Counted from the stretch's first letter, positions 11,301 to 19,787 are shown. The stretch: DNA of 29,199 nucleotides from Verrucomicrobiales bacterium (GCA_031411295.1 JANOAV010000042.1:1-29199); one strand, 5' to 3'. Numbers and translations are program-made. Notes: generated by a model from the letters alone, not told the origin.

Positions 11301-14300
11301 ATCCCATCAGACACACCAAAGTAGCCCTCACCTTCAACTCCTTCCTCAGGGGCGACCGGTTAGAACTCATCCTATGCGCCCTGGTGAAGTTTTTTTCCCA
11401 GGAACAAATTGAGCGATTGCGGGACCAGTTCGTTTATCTGCTGCAACAAATTCTGGAAAAGCCCGACCGCAAGCTGGTGGAATATGATTTGGTGCCTCCA
11501 CTAGCAAAAAGTCTGTTACCTGATCCATCCCTACCCCTCCAGGTTCCGTTTTATGAACCTGTGGCAAGCTCATTTTCGCAGATGGCGGCACAGCGTTCGC
11601 ACGCTGCTGCGGTCATCCAGGGGCGCGATGTTTTGTCCTATCACAATCTGGGTGTGGCCTCCGTTCAGCTTGCTCGTCAGTTGTTAGCCAAGGGGCTAGA
11701 AGCAGGAGATGCCGTTGCCGTTCATGCTCCCGCCTGCCTGGCGCTGCCGGCCTGTGTCTTGGCTGTCTTCATGGCGGGTGGCGTTTTACTGTTGGTGGAC
11801 CCGTCCTTACCAGTCATCCGCCAGCGGCTGATCCTGCAGGAAGGAAGAACTCGTTTCCTCATCGAGTTAGCGAACAGCGAACCGTCGGAATTAACGGAGG
11901 GGGATTACCTTCGGCTGGAACTGGACCCTGACCCCAGTAAATGGAGCGCGGGCGCTGCCGAAAACCTCCCGCTACCGTCTCTCCGGCCTGAAGCCCCCGC
12001 CTGCATTTTCTTTACCTCAGGCACCACGGGCGTTCCCAATGCCGTAGTATTTTCTCATCAGGGACTCAGTCATTTCATCACTTGGCAGCGCACGCAGTTT
12101 GAAATTTCTCACGATGCGAGAGTCGCCCAAATGACCCGCCCATCCTTTGACGTGATTCTGCGCGATCTCTTTTTGCCACTGACCTCAGGTGGCGTCTGCT
12201 TCATTCCCATGGAAAGGTTGGAGGAACATCCGGGACGCGTGCTGGAATGGCTGAAAAACGAGGCCATTACCGTGCTCCATACGGTGCCCACTCGCGCGCA
12301 AAACTGGCTTTCCCATGTCGCGGAAGATGCTGCCATTTCCTTGCCTGCCCTGCGCTATCTATTCTTTTCTGGTGAACCCCTGCACGAGACCCATGTCATT
12401 GCGTGGCGCCACGTGGCTCCCAACGCGAAGATTATCAATCTATATGGTCCGACAGAGACAACTCTCGTAAAAGCGTTTCACGAAGTGCCAACTCCCGCGC
12501 CTCCTGGGGTTCAATCGCTGGGGCGTGCATTGCCGCAGAGCCAAGTGTTGGTGCTCAATCGCAAGTTACAGCTGTGCGGCATTAGCGAGCCGGGTGAGAT
12601 TGTGATTCGCACCCCGTTTCGTTCGCTTGGCTATTTGAACGCGCCGGAACTGCAGCGGCAACACTTCATCCGTAATCCGCACCGTAACGATGCAGCCGAT
12701 CTGCTCTATCTCACGGGTGATCTTGGAAAATTTGATGCTCAGGGAAATATCGAATATCTGGGCCGACGGGATCATCAGTTGAAAATCAATGGAGTCAGAC
12801 TGGAGCTAGACGAAATTCGGTCTGTGATCTCGTCGCTTGCGGGAGTTCTTTCCTGCCATGTGCTTGCGGCACCTGGGCCTGATAACACGCCTGTGCTCAA
12901 CGCGTTCGTTGTGCCTGCGCCAGGAGTATTGCTGGAAGCCAATGCGCTGCGCAGCAAACTCATCGACCTTCTGCCTACAGTGCAAGTGCCGTCACGAATT
13001 CGCCTTCTCAAAAGTTTGCCCATCCACCCCAATGGCAAGGTGGATGCGCGGGCGCTCTTGACCCTCTTGGATGATGAAGTTGAGCATCCCGGAGCATTGC
13101 CAGCATCGAGCCTTGAACTACTCATTGCCCAGTCATTTAGCTTCGTTTTAAACCAAGAGCCTATTCACCGTAACGATGATTTCTTTGAACTCGGTGGCCA
13201 CTCCCTGCTGGCGATGCGGGCGGTGGCGCGGCTTTCCGAGCAACTGGGGCGCTCGGTTTCAATCCGCCAACTGCTGATGAACACCACGCCCGCAGCGCTG
13301 GCCGCTGTGTTGGAAATAAGCGCTAGCAATCAAGCGGGGCCCCAGTCTGGGGATGAAGCGGTCATGGCCTATGACCCTGACGCCACGGTGCACGCGCTCT
13401 TTTCGGCACAAGCCGGGAGAACTCCCAACGCGGTAGCGGCTATCGACGATAACGGATCGCTCACCTTTGCCCAATTGGATGCACTCTCGGATCAATTGGC
13501 GGCAACTCTTATCAAGCATGGCGTGCGCGTTGAACACCGGGTCGCGCTGTTAACCACCAGATCCCTCGAAATGCTGGTTGGCCTGCTGGGGATCCTCAAG
13601 GCTGGGGCGACCTATGTTCCCATCGATCCCCGCGATCCCGCGGAGCGGGTCCGCTACCTATTAGAAAATTGCCGGGCCTCCGTCGTGGTCACTTCACCTA
13701 CCTCGACAGGTGCCATCCCTCCCGGTTCGCACAAAATTATCGAGGTGAACGCCACCGTGCGGGACCATGTTGATATGTCAGTCAGTCAGGGAGTCACGCT
13801 GCCCGCCGTCTCACCGCACCACGCTTGCTATATTATTTACACCTCTGGATCGACCGGGAAACCCAAAGGCGTCGTGGTGGAACACCGCCAAGTCATCGCC
13901 TACCACAACGCCATGGCCGCTCGCACGGGTTGGCAGGGCACTGGCTGTGTCGCCTTGTTGCAGCCACTGGCGGTGGATTCCACCGTCACCCTGCTCTTTC
14001 CTCCTTTGTTTGGCGGCGGCACCTTGCGCCTCATTTCGGAGACTGCCGCGCTTGATCCAGCTGCGCTGGCCAAAGTTTTCGCAGCCACGCCCATCGATCT
14101 GCTCAAGATCGCACCTTCGCACCTCGAAGCGCTGCTGGAATCAACTTTCGCAGCGGAAATACTGCCGCGGCAGTTCCTTATCATCGGCGGGGAAGTGGCT
14201 TCAGCGAAATTGCTCGTTAAATTACGGGAACTCAACGCCCCCTGCCGCATCTTCAATCATTACGGCCCAACCGAAACCACCGTGGGCGTGTCCACTTTTG

Positions 14301-17300
14301 AAATCACGGATTGGAGGTCAACCGAAGTGCCACTGTCGATTGGTCGCCCCCTGGCCCATGCCCGGTTCTACCTTTTGGACGGAAATCTCCATCCCGTCCC
14401 CAGCAGCCAGTCAGGCGATCTCTTTGTCGGTGGTCCAGCCGTGACCCGAGGTTATACCAACAGCCCGGCCCTCACTGCCGAAGCATTTCTGCCGGATCCT
14501 TTTAGCACGGTGCCCGGGGACCGCATGTATCGCACGGGAGATCGCGCCCGGGAGTTGCCCGACGGCAATTTGGAGTTCCTGGGACGCAGCGACCATCAGA
14601 TCAAGATTCGGGGGCGGCGGATTGATCCGCGTGAAATTGAAGTTGTGCTGGAAACGTATCCCCACGTGAAACGCGCCATGGTCATGCTGACGCCCCCCAT
14701 TGCCATTCCGGTCCTCACCGCCTTTGTGGTAACGGACGAGCCTGCAAGCCTCATCGCGGATGATCTTCGCAAATTTCTGGAGTTATATCTTCCCACCGCA
14801 CTCATTCCAGCACGCTTTGTTCCACTTCATGAATTGCCCCGCACCGGACATGGGAAAATCGATGTGCAGCGGTTGGCTCAGATGGAGGACCCCATGGCGC
14901 AACCAGTTCCGACCAACGCACTGCGGCTCGATCATCAATCCGTGGTCCAGCGTCTCGCTACCCTCTGGCAGGCGTTGCTGGGCATCCGGACCATGGATTT
15001 TGGAAAAGACTTTTTCGAACTCGGAGGGCATTCGTTGCTGGCCACCCGTCTGGCTAGTTTGATCTACCAACATTTCGGCATCCATCTCCCGCTTCAGAAA
15101 ATCCTGCGTGACTCCACGCTGGAGGGCATGGCCGAAAATATTTCCCATCAGATGACTACCCCCCAATCGTTAACACCCGTCACGCACGAACCTATGCCGC
15201 CCACCATGTCTCAAGAGTTTCCATTGCTTCCAACCCAGGAGGGAATGTGGTTTCTGGAGCACGTTCAGGAAGCCGAGAATCCGGCTTACCATATCAATTA
15301 CATCTGGCGCTTGCAGGGGCCGCTCCACCGCCACGCCCTGGAAGCCTCGTGGAATCAGCTTGTCCAGCGCCATGAAGCACTCAGAAGTATCTTCCCAGTT
15401 CGTTCTGGTCGTCCCTGCCAGGTAATCCAGTCATTTGTTCCGTTCTCGATTCCTGTCTTCGATGTCGTTGGCGCTGACTCCGCCAGTCGAGAGGTCACAG
15501 CCATGCAACGCGCCAATGAATACTTGCGCACACCGCTTGATCCGGCCACTGGACCGCTGCTCCGGATGGCTCTCATCGCGGTGGATGATGAGCAGCATCT
15601 TTTCGTCTTCAGTGCCCATCACTTGATCGCGGATGGTTGGTCCATGGGGGTGCTCTATCGTGAGTTGGAAATGCTGTATTCGGCAAACTCCAAGCATTCC
15701 GGGCAGAGCCTGCCCGCCCTGAGCCAATCCTATGCGGACTATGTTCTGCAGCAGACGGACTATTACCGCACGCAGGCTTATCGGATGCGACTCACGGAAT
15801 GGTGCCAGCATTTCCGCACCACCGCCAATGCGATTTCCATTCCCACGGACTTTCCCCGCCAGGCTCTCCAGACTTTCCGTGGGAAAGCCCTGCGGCGGCA
15901 GCTGACGCCCCAACTGCGCGAACGTTTGGCTGGCCTCTCCAAAATGGAGCGAGCGACTCCTAACATGGTCTTCCTCGCTGGCCTTTACATCCTGCTGCAG
16001 CAGTTGACCGGAAACGAACGAGTCGTCGTGGGCAGTGCCATTGCCGCACGGATGAGTCACCATGTGGAGCAGATGGTGGGATGCCTCATTAATACTATTT
16101 TGAATCGGGGAGACCTCTCTGGCCATCCGTCGTTCCGGGATGTCATCCGACGCAGCCGCACGACGTTCATGGAGGCGCTGAGTAATCAGGATATACCGCT
16201 CAGTGATATCGTGCGATTTTTGGGAGGAACTCGCAACGCAGACCGTTCCCCGCTTTTCCAGGTTAGTTTCACCTATCAAAATTCCTCCATGGGATCCCGC
16301 TTCACCTTGGAAGGCGTAACCTCAGAAATGCGATTACCGGAACGGGTCGCGGCAAAATTCGACCTGTCGTTCAGTGTCTTGGAAAACCAGGATCTCCCGG
16401 GACTGGCGCTCAATTATAACCAGGATCTCTTCCGTCAGGAAACTGCCGAGGCGATCCTTAGCCAGTTCGTCCGCGTCTTGGAAATCGCCTCGCTAAATCC
16501 TGACATCCCCCTGGCAGACTTGTTCCCTCCCACTCCGGCCCCCGCAGCGCCTATCATTTCCCCTGTCCCGCAGGATCTTGCTTTGCACCACCTCATCGAG
16601 GCCCAGGTGGACCGGACGCCCCACGCCCTCGCAGTGGCCATGGGCGAGGAACAACTAACCTACGCGCAACTCGACAGGGCCTCGAATGCCCTCGCGCACC
16701 GACTTTTGGCATTGGGCGTGGTTCAGGAGAGCATCGTGGCCGTTTATCTGACCCGCTCGGTTGAAGCCATCGTGACGCTGGTTGGTATTCTCAAAGCAGG
16801 CGCGGCCTACCTTCCGCTGGATCTCGCGGATCCGCCTGCGCGACTCGCTCACGCTCTAAAAGATTCACGCGCCCGCATTCTTGTCACAGAGCACGCCTTG
16901 GAAGATGGCATTCCTTCTGATGGGTTGACTACTTTATGGATCGATGATGCCTGGCAGTCTCTTTGCAAGTCATCAGCGAGCCGTCCGACCGTAAAAGTAA
17001 ATCCCAAGTCGATGGCCGGCCTTTTCTATACCTCCGGCTCTACGGGAAGCCCCAAAGGCGTGGCGGTGCAGCATGATAATCTCGTAAATTTTGCCGTCAC
17101 CTTCGCCCGGCGTCATCAGCTTCAATCCACCGACCGTGTGGCTCAGCTCACTGCGCTTTCCTTTGATGTCTCAGGCGAAGAAATCTGGCCCGCGCTGGTG
17201 GCTGGCAGCAGTGTGCATGTGGGATGCGAGGCCCTGAAGGCCATGCCCGAGAACCTTCTGGAATGGCTGAATCTGCGTGCCATCTCCATTTGCGATCTGG

Positions 17301-19558
17301 CCACTCCTTTGGCGGAAGTCACCATGGACGATCAAATGCACCGTGCCACCACGCTGCGCCTCCTGATTACAGGCGGAGATCGTCTGCGAAAATGGCCCCA
17401 GCGTCCGCTTCCGTGCAATTTTATTAACGGCTATGGGCCCACCGAAACGACCATTTTTTCAACGAACGCTGAACTCTCGCAGAACCCGCAGGACGGTGCC
17501 ATGCCTCCGATTGGTCGGCCCCTGGAAAATCAACGCGTCCACTTGCTGGATGCAGAATTCCAGCCTGTAGCCGATGGTTCGCCCGGAGAAATATTCATCG
17601 GTGGGGCCGGAGTCACCCGGGGCTATTTCCGCAATCCTGCGGCCACGGCTGAAAAATTTATCCCCGATCCGTTCAGCGGGCAACCAGGCGCGCGGCTCTA
17701 CCGCACGGGAGATCTGGCCCGACTCCGCCCTGACGGACAACTCGACTTCATCGGACGCATCGATAACCAGGTGCAGATTCGTGGATTCCGCGTCGAACTT
17801 GGCGAAATTGAAGCCGCCCTAGCTGAGCATCCTGCCGTCTCGCTGGGTGCCGTGACAATTCAGGAGGATGATGCCGCAACGCCTGTGATCATTGCCCATG
17901 CGGTGCTCAAAGCGGGCGCAAGCCTCGGATTTATCCCCCTGCGGGAATATCTTTCACAGCGACTCCCCGGGCACATGATTCCCTCGCGGTTGGCCGTGCA
18001 TGAGCATTTCCCGCTGACTCCCAGTGGTAAAATCCTTCGTAGCGCGCTGCCCGCCGTGGATTTGTCACAGCGCCATGTGGGGGCGGATTATGTCCAGCCT
18101 GCGAGCGCGACCGAACAGGCACTCGCGCGCTTTATCAGCGACCTGTTAGGTTCTGCGAGCGTCGGGCTCGATGATGACTTCTTCGATCTCGGTGGCCATT
18201 CGCTTCTGATCATCCAACTGCTCTCTCATCTCAAGGCACGCTACGGCCTGGCTCTTCCCATCGATAAATTTTACACTCATGCCACCGTCCGTAGCTTGGC
18301 GAGTTTGGTCGATGCCCTGCCAGCCCCCATGGTTAAAGCCTCACCGGTGCCAATTTCCCACGATGATCACCTGCGGAAGATTGAGCGACGTCCCCTGCTG
18401 GCACTTTTTGCAACCCGCAAAGTTCCTCCCGTTGATGCTGCATTCATCGGCTATTTCCAATCCTCACTCTATGCGTCCACCGGCCTAACCAAACGTCAAA
18501 TCGTAGAGGAATGGTATGATGGCATGCCGACCTTTCGCACGGTGCGGCAAACTTTCCTCGGGACCACGGGCGGCATCTTTTTGCCACGCTTCGAAAACGA
18601 TCTTTATGAGGAGCCCGCCCGTCTGGTGGAGCAACTAGTAGAATCCCTGGAACTTGCCGGCAGCATTGGCGCCCGCTTCGTCTCGCTGACGGGATTGATC
18701 CCCTCCGCCACTGCCTATGGAGAAAGTTTCGCTGCGGCCATCGCAGGCCGCAAAGATCTGCCCCAGATCACCACCGGCCATGCCACCACCGGATGCACGG
18801 TGGCGCTCAGTCTAAAGCACCTTCTGGAAGCCAGCGGGCGTGACTTGGCGCAGGAATGTCTTGGCTTCCTTGGCCTTGGTTCCATCGGACTAACCTCCCT
18901 TGAACTGATCCTGGAGGTATTGCCGCATCCGGCGGAGATCATCCTGTGCGATGTCTTCATGAAGCGCCCGCTGATGGAAGCAACTTCGCGCAAATTGCGT
19001 GAGGAACTGGGCTTTAAGGGCCGCATTGAAATTATTGAGGCCCAAGCCGGAGTAGTCCCGGAGGCGTTTTATCGCTCGCGCACCATCGTGGGAGCCACCA
19101 ATGTGCCCGGCATCCTTCAGGTGAAGTCGTTGTTGCCCGGCACCGTAATTGTCGATGACTCGGCCCCCCATTGTTTCGATAGCGAGGACGCCATGGCGAG
19201 GATCCGGGAACAAGGCGATCTGTTGGTCACCGAGGGCGGATTAGTGAAATTGCCGGAGGCCGCCCCGGTCATGATTTACCGTCCCGAGTTCATCGAAAAG
19301 GCCCTGCTTTCCACCCGGCTCGATCAGTCATTTCACGCCCATGAAATCACTGGATGCGTGCTTTCCGCTCTACTCAATGCCGCCGATCCATCACTGCCCG
19401 TGACCATTGGCAGAGTGCCGCTGGAAGCCAGTCGGAGTCACTATCGGAAACTTGAGCAACTCGGTTTCCAACCGGCCGATCTGCGCTGCCTTGGTGAGAC
19501 GATCGATGACCGGATCATCGCAGCATTTAGAAAACAATTTGGTCAGCATCACGATTAA
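5312..19558 (+). CDS. Multimodular non-ribosomal peptide synthetase, C-A-T-C-T-C-A-T-A-T-C-A-T-(acyl-ACP-reductase-like), 4748 aa
   Basis: Four C domains (HHAILDG, HHIAVDG, HHIVADG, HHLIADG), four A domains (TSGxTG, YGPTE, GD, GK motifs), five T domains (FFxLGGHS), and a C-terminal Rossmann domain (GLGSIG). The start may be 5342 rather than 5312. Confidence 0.97.
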   Translation: MTTPPPPPPPMPTTTKVLPKFEPQLSLPPLQEGMLLQGMQNPDQGVYLQQLVIRIARPLQTGILRSALDILLARHAALRSAFVFTESARAIWQLQAQASMPMQEEDLSLLDPGSQEARLEEFLREDRAREFGLDEVPLMRVTLFRLGERNHCLVWTSHHAILDGRSRVILLQELWALEAALSAGKSPALDPPPDYTKYLAWRQRQLPCQSRSFWQSQLEGMVTASVMPRSIAPAAHTWGCRRLDLDESTTARLRQLTQREGVTINIFLQAAWAIFLSRHTGSEDVLFGATRACRHLEGVTTQGLVGLLINTVPIRAKPQRDLLLRDFLRDLQQQWMTLREQEHAPLERIHEWCRFDAASPLFHSIVVFERGTLHELVSPGDTSWTCELHQRTGVPLMLSAFDGKSLRLELHHDGAGYGAEEGEHFLGLLKQLIFSMLDGMDRPIRMLSLLSPEERQRVVVTWNQTSTSYPAQTRVEEMFAIQARLTPQAIALIHQDTSISYEALNAQAEALCARLLGEGLKPGERVAVALERSPDLIIAMLAILKAGCAYVPMEMNSPRSRAQAILRQVRPSLLLLHGAQTIPWIEESAGLKLIDLASNLGVAQSLPRGNVTGRVHEAAYIMFTSGSTGVPKGVIVPHRAIVRLVKDTNYYKISATDVIGHLSNPAFDASTFEVWGALLNGGAVSIIESEVALSPTELRGKITTDRITALWLTTALFNEFAREQPDIFRNLRYLLTGGEKVSPTAFAEVAKACPELQLINGYGPTETTTFATTFPYDPDQAMGESIPIGRPIANTTIYLLDERGEPVPIGVPGEIHIGGPGVALGYFDDPALTKQRFLPDPFDPGPNRMLYRSGDLGRFLRDGNIEFLGRADQQLKLRGFRIEPAEIEKAMTALEDISASAVLGRFEQGTCVGLSAFVILNRPAAAREDQKIAARLTSSLPSYLVPDCITILDRLPINANGKVDRAALAELAVSAAPTNPAVDFKLTKTQSVLRDIWRELLERDQIGLDDNFFALGGHSLRAVRCLLQVHRKLGVSLPIITLFEFPTIRGLAGQIETLPAESAPSQRLGTTEKTDAAMRPATDAERFIWNYSNETHPPEIVNISRAIRITGALQAELLEASFQQMLLRHTSLRTRFTSASGNVTAELIAAPNFSLPVDDLTLLPPQERAACGHAAFVENTCRPFDLASSVLLRARLLKFDDEDFLLLVAVHHIAVDGWSLEILRRDLFVTYESLVNAVPNPLPPLLLTHGSLALSQKHRSAAALERQLATWKQRLAAPLPSLDRLFRQSPAPAGQAEPPYWAADARLTSTQTQALKCLAQKHETTLFVLLLAIYDLLLAGRTGNGDVIVGTTLTGRHQLGAEDLVGTFVQHVPIRVNLAGCTHFKEVLQRVKHSTNLAHEGDPVPLEKLAALVPGRNPMRRNPIFDTTLNYYAEDPTYDFCPTGLKLTVLPTPVPSAKLPLGFYSLLKPEGLRLRMCSQSEFFTQEQTDQLLEQFVQLLNQVITNPDLRLAASLRPPSDDPASEPASSQPFTATQAILHEIWSDVLAVPEIDLDDNFFALGGHSIRAVRCLLQVDRKLGVSLPMIALFESPTIRRLAEQIAAAATPSSELSPMTADQAAPDEARPTTPAEQRFLDHLSNRAHPEDMIISRGFRIRGPLRTDLLEQSFALVVRRHAPLRTKFIAEPDQSLARPMPTSEIPLPIVDFTHLKPAEQEALGQEALLENSRQLFNLATDLPLRLRMLKFGAEDHLLLLALHHIVADGWSLDLLRRDLLKAYQALLAGQTDPLPPLPITFGMIAEQERNRAPDAFNHRIAIWQRRLTLPLPSIDTLFRKQPAQLDPTEEPFPAATLLLPVEQSQAIAALARAHQTSVFMVLLSAYKLLLARLTGNPDVMVGTVVAGRIAPGAADVIGTFAQNRPLRTDLTSCDRFEEILQRVGITMREALEDEDLPFGSIAALVPPRVPPRSNPIFDTTYSHYSDAPEASQTPPGLSLSVMENPIRHTKVALTFNSFLRGDRLELILCALVKFFSQEQIERLRDQFVYLLQQILEKPDRKLVEYDLVPPLAKSLLPDPSLPLQVPFYEPVASSFSQMAAQRSHAAAVIQGRDVLSYHNLGVASVQLARQLLAKGLEAGDAVAVHAPACLALPACVLAVFMAGGVLLLVDPSLPVIRQRLILQEGRTRFLIELANSEPSELTEGDYLRLELDPDPSKWSAGAAENLPLPSLRPEAPACIFFTSGTTGVPNAVVFSHQGLSHFITWQRTQFEISHDARVAQMTRPSFDVILRDLFLPLTSGGVCFIPMERLEEHPGRVLEWLKNEAITVLHTVPTRAQNWLSHVAEDAAISLPALRYLFFSGEPLHETHVIAWRHVAPNAKIINLYGPTETTLVKAFHEVPTPAPPGVQSLGRALPQSQVLVLNRKLQLCGISEPGEIVIRTPFRSLGYLNAPELQRQHFIRNPHRNDAADLLYLTGDLGKFDAQGNIEYLGRRDHQLKINGVRLELDEIRSVISSLAGVLSCHVLAAPGPDNTPVLNAFVVPAPGVLLEANALRSKLIDLLPTVQVPSRIRLLKSLPIHPNGKVDARALLTLLDDEVEHPGALPASSLELLIAQSFSFVLNQEPIHRNDDFFELGGHSLLAMRAVARLSEQLGRSVSIRQLLMNTTPAALAAVLEISASNQAGPQSGDEAVMAYDPDATVHALFSAQAGRTPNAVAAIDDNGSLTFAQLDALSDQLAATLIKHGVRVEHRVALLTTRSLEMLVGLLGILKAGATYVPIDPRDPAERVRYLLENCRASVVVTSPTSTGAIPPGSHKIIEVNATVRDHVDMSVSQGVTLPAVSPHHACYIIYTSGSTGKPKGVVVEHRQVIAYHNAMAARTGWQGTGCVALLQPLAVDSTVTLLFPPLFGGGTLRLISETAALDPAALAKVFAATPIDLLKIAPSHLEALLESTFAAEILPRQFLIIGGEVASAKLLVKLRELNAPCRIFNHYGPTETTVGVSTFEITDWRSTEVPLSIGRPLAHARFYLLDGNLHPVPSSQSGDLFVGGPAVTRGYTNSPALTAEAFLPDPFSTVPGDRMYRTGDRARELPDGNLEFLGRSDHQIKIRGRRIDPREIEVVLETYPHVKRAMVMLTPPIAIPVLTAFVVTDEPASLIADDLRKFLELYLPTALIPARFVPLHELPRTGHGKIDVQRLAQMEDPMAQPVPTNALRLDHQSVVQRLATLWQALLGIRTMDFGKDFFELGGHSLLATRLASLIYQHFGIHLPLQKILRDSTLEGMAENISHQMTTPQSLTPVTHEPMPPTMSQEFPLLPTQEGMWFLEHVQEAENPAYHINYIWRLQGPLHRHALEASWNQLVQRHEALRSIFPVRSGRPCQVIQSFVPFSIPVFDVVGADSASREVTAMQRANEYLRTPLDPATGPLLRMALIAVDDEQHLFVFSAHHLIADGWSMGVLYRELEMLYSANSKHSGQSLPALSQSYADYVLQQTDYYRTQAYRMRLTEWCQHFRTTANAISIPTDFPRQALQTFRGKALRRQLTPQLRERLAGLSKMERATPNMVFLAGLYILLQQLTGNERVVVGSAIAARMSHHVEQMVGCLINTILNRGDLSGHPSFRDVIRRSRTTFMEALSNQDIPLSDIVRFLGGTRNADRSPLFQVSFTYQNSSMGSRFTLEGVTSEMRLPERVAAKFDLSFSVLENQDLPGLALNYNQDLFRQETAEAILSQFVRVLEIASLNPDIPLADLFPPTPAPAAPIISPVPQDLALHHLIEAQVDRTPHALAVAMGEEQLTYAQLDRASNALAHRLLALGVVQESIVAVYLTRSVEAIVTLVGILKAGAAYLPLDLADPPARLAHALKDSRARILVTEHALEDGIPSDGLTTLWIDDAWQSLCKSSASRPTVKVNPKSMAGLFYTSGSTGSPKGVAVQHDNLVNFAVTFARRHQLQSTDRVAQLTALSFDVSGEEIWPALVAGSSVHVGCEALKAMPENLLEWLNLRAISICDLATPLAEVTMDDQMHRATTLRLLITGGDRLRKWPQRPLPCNFINGYGPTETTIFSTNAELSQNPQDGAMPPIGRPLENQRVHLLDAEFQPVADGSPGEIFIGGAGVTRGYFRNPAATAEKFIPDPFSGQPGARLYRTGDLARLRPDGQLDFIGRIDNQVQIRGFRVELGEIEAALAEHPAVSLGAVTIQEDDAATPVIIAHAVLKAGASLGFIPLREYLSQRLPGHMIPSRLAVHEHFPLTPSGKILRSALPAVDLSQRHVGADYVQPASATEQALARFISDLLGSASVGLDDDFFDLGGHSLLIIQLLSHLKARYGLALPIDKFYTHATVRSLASLVDALPAPMVKASPVPISHDDHLRKIERRPLLALFATRKVPPVDAAFIGYFQSSLYASTGLTKRQIVEEWYDGMPTFRTVRQTFLGTTGGIFLPRFENDLYEEPARLVEQLVESLELAGSIGARFVSLTGLIPSATAYGESFAAAIAGRKDLPQITTGHATTGCTVALSLKHLLEASGRDLAQECLGFLGLGSIGLTSLELILEVLPHPAEIILCDVFMKRPLMEATSRKLREELGFKGRIEIIEAQAGVVPEAFYRSRTIVGATNVPGILQVKSLLPGTVIVDDSAPHCFDSEDAMARIREQGDLLVTEGGLVKLPEAAPVMIYRPEFIEKALLSTRLDQSFHAHEITGCVLSALLNAADPSLPVTIGRVPLEASRSHYRKLEQLGFQPADLRCLGETIDDRIIAAFRKQFGQHHD
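8334..8466 (+). repeat. Direct repeat copy 1 (T1 core), paired with 9969-10101
   Basis: 133 nt, 10 mismatches by hand count against the copy 1635 nt downstream. Confidence 0.9.
9969..10101 (+). repeat. Direct repeat copy 2 (T2 core), paired with 8334-8466
   Basis: Both copies begin tggacgacaatttcttcgccttgggcggccattca; offset is 1635 nt (545 codons, in frame). Confidence 0.9.
18430..19555 (+). other. C-terminal NRPS domain of acyl-ACP reductase (AAR)/COG5322-like fold; putative reductive release domain
   Basis: Motif order AAFIG, VSLTG, ITTGHATT, GRDLAQECLGFLGLGSIG, LLPGTVIVDDSAP, VTEGGLV, ITGCVLSALL, LGFQP parallels cyanobacterial AAR as recalled (FGLIG, ISALGG, FTTGNTHT, VAVVGATGDIG, CVLIDGGYP, VLNGGVV, MFACFAEAMLL, HGFQP). 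Confidence 0.75.
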
Positions 19559-19577
19559 TTTTATCCAACCACATCCC

Positions 19578-19787
19578 ATGGCATCATCTGAACCTGAAAC
19601 TCCACCCCTCTTCAAAGTTGTGCTTAACGACGAGGAACAATATTCCATCTGGCCGGCCGAACGCGACAATGCCCTCGGCTGGCGCGATGAAGGGTCGCGC
19701 GGAACCCGTGAAGCCTGCCTAGAGCACATCGATCGCATCTGGACGGATCTGCGCCCACTGAGCGTGCGTCGCCAAATGGAATCATGA
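19578..19787 (+). CDS. mbtH: MbtH-like protein (NRPS adenylation-domain accessory), 69 aa
   Basis: FKVVLNDEEQYSIWP...GW...CLEHIDRIWTDLRPLS carries the NxExQxSxWP and WTDxRP signatures with three Trp. True start is ATG at 19578, not 19407. Stop overlaps the next start (ATGA). Confidence 0.96.
   Translation: MASSEPETPPLFKVVLNDEEQYSIWPAERDNALGWRDEGSRGTREACLEHIDRIWTDLRPLSVRRQMES

Noticed and set aside
19407..19577. N-terminal extension of the MbtH ORF in the track
   Set aside because: Overlaps the NRPS 3' end; MbtH similarity begins after ATG 19578.
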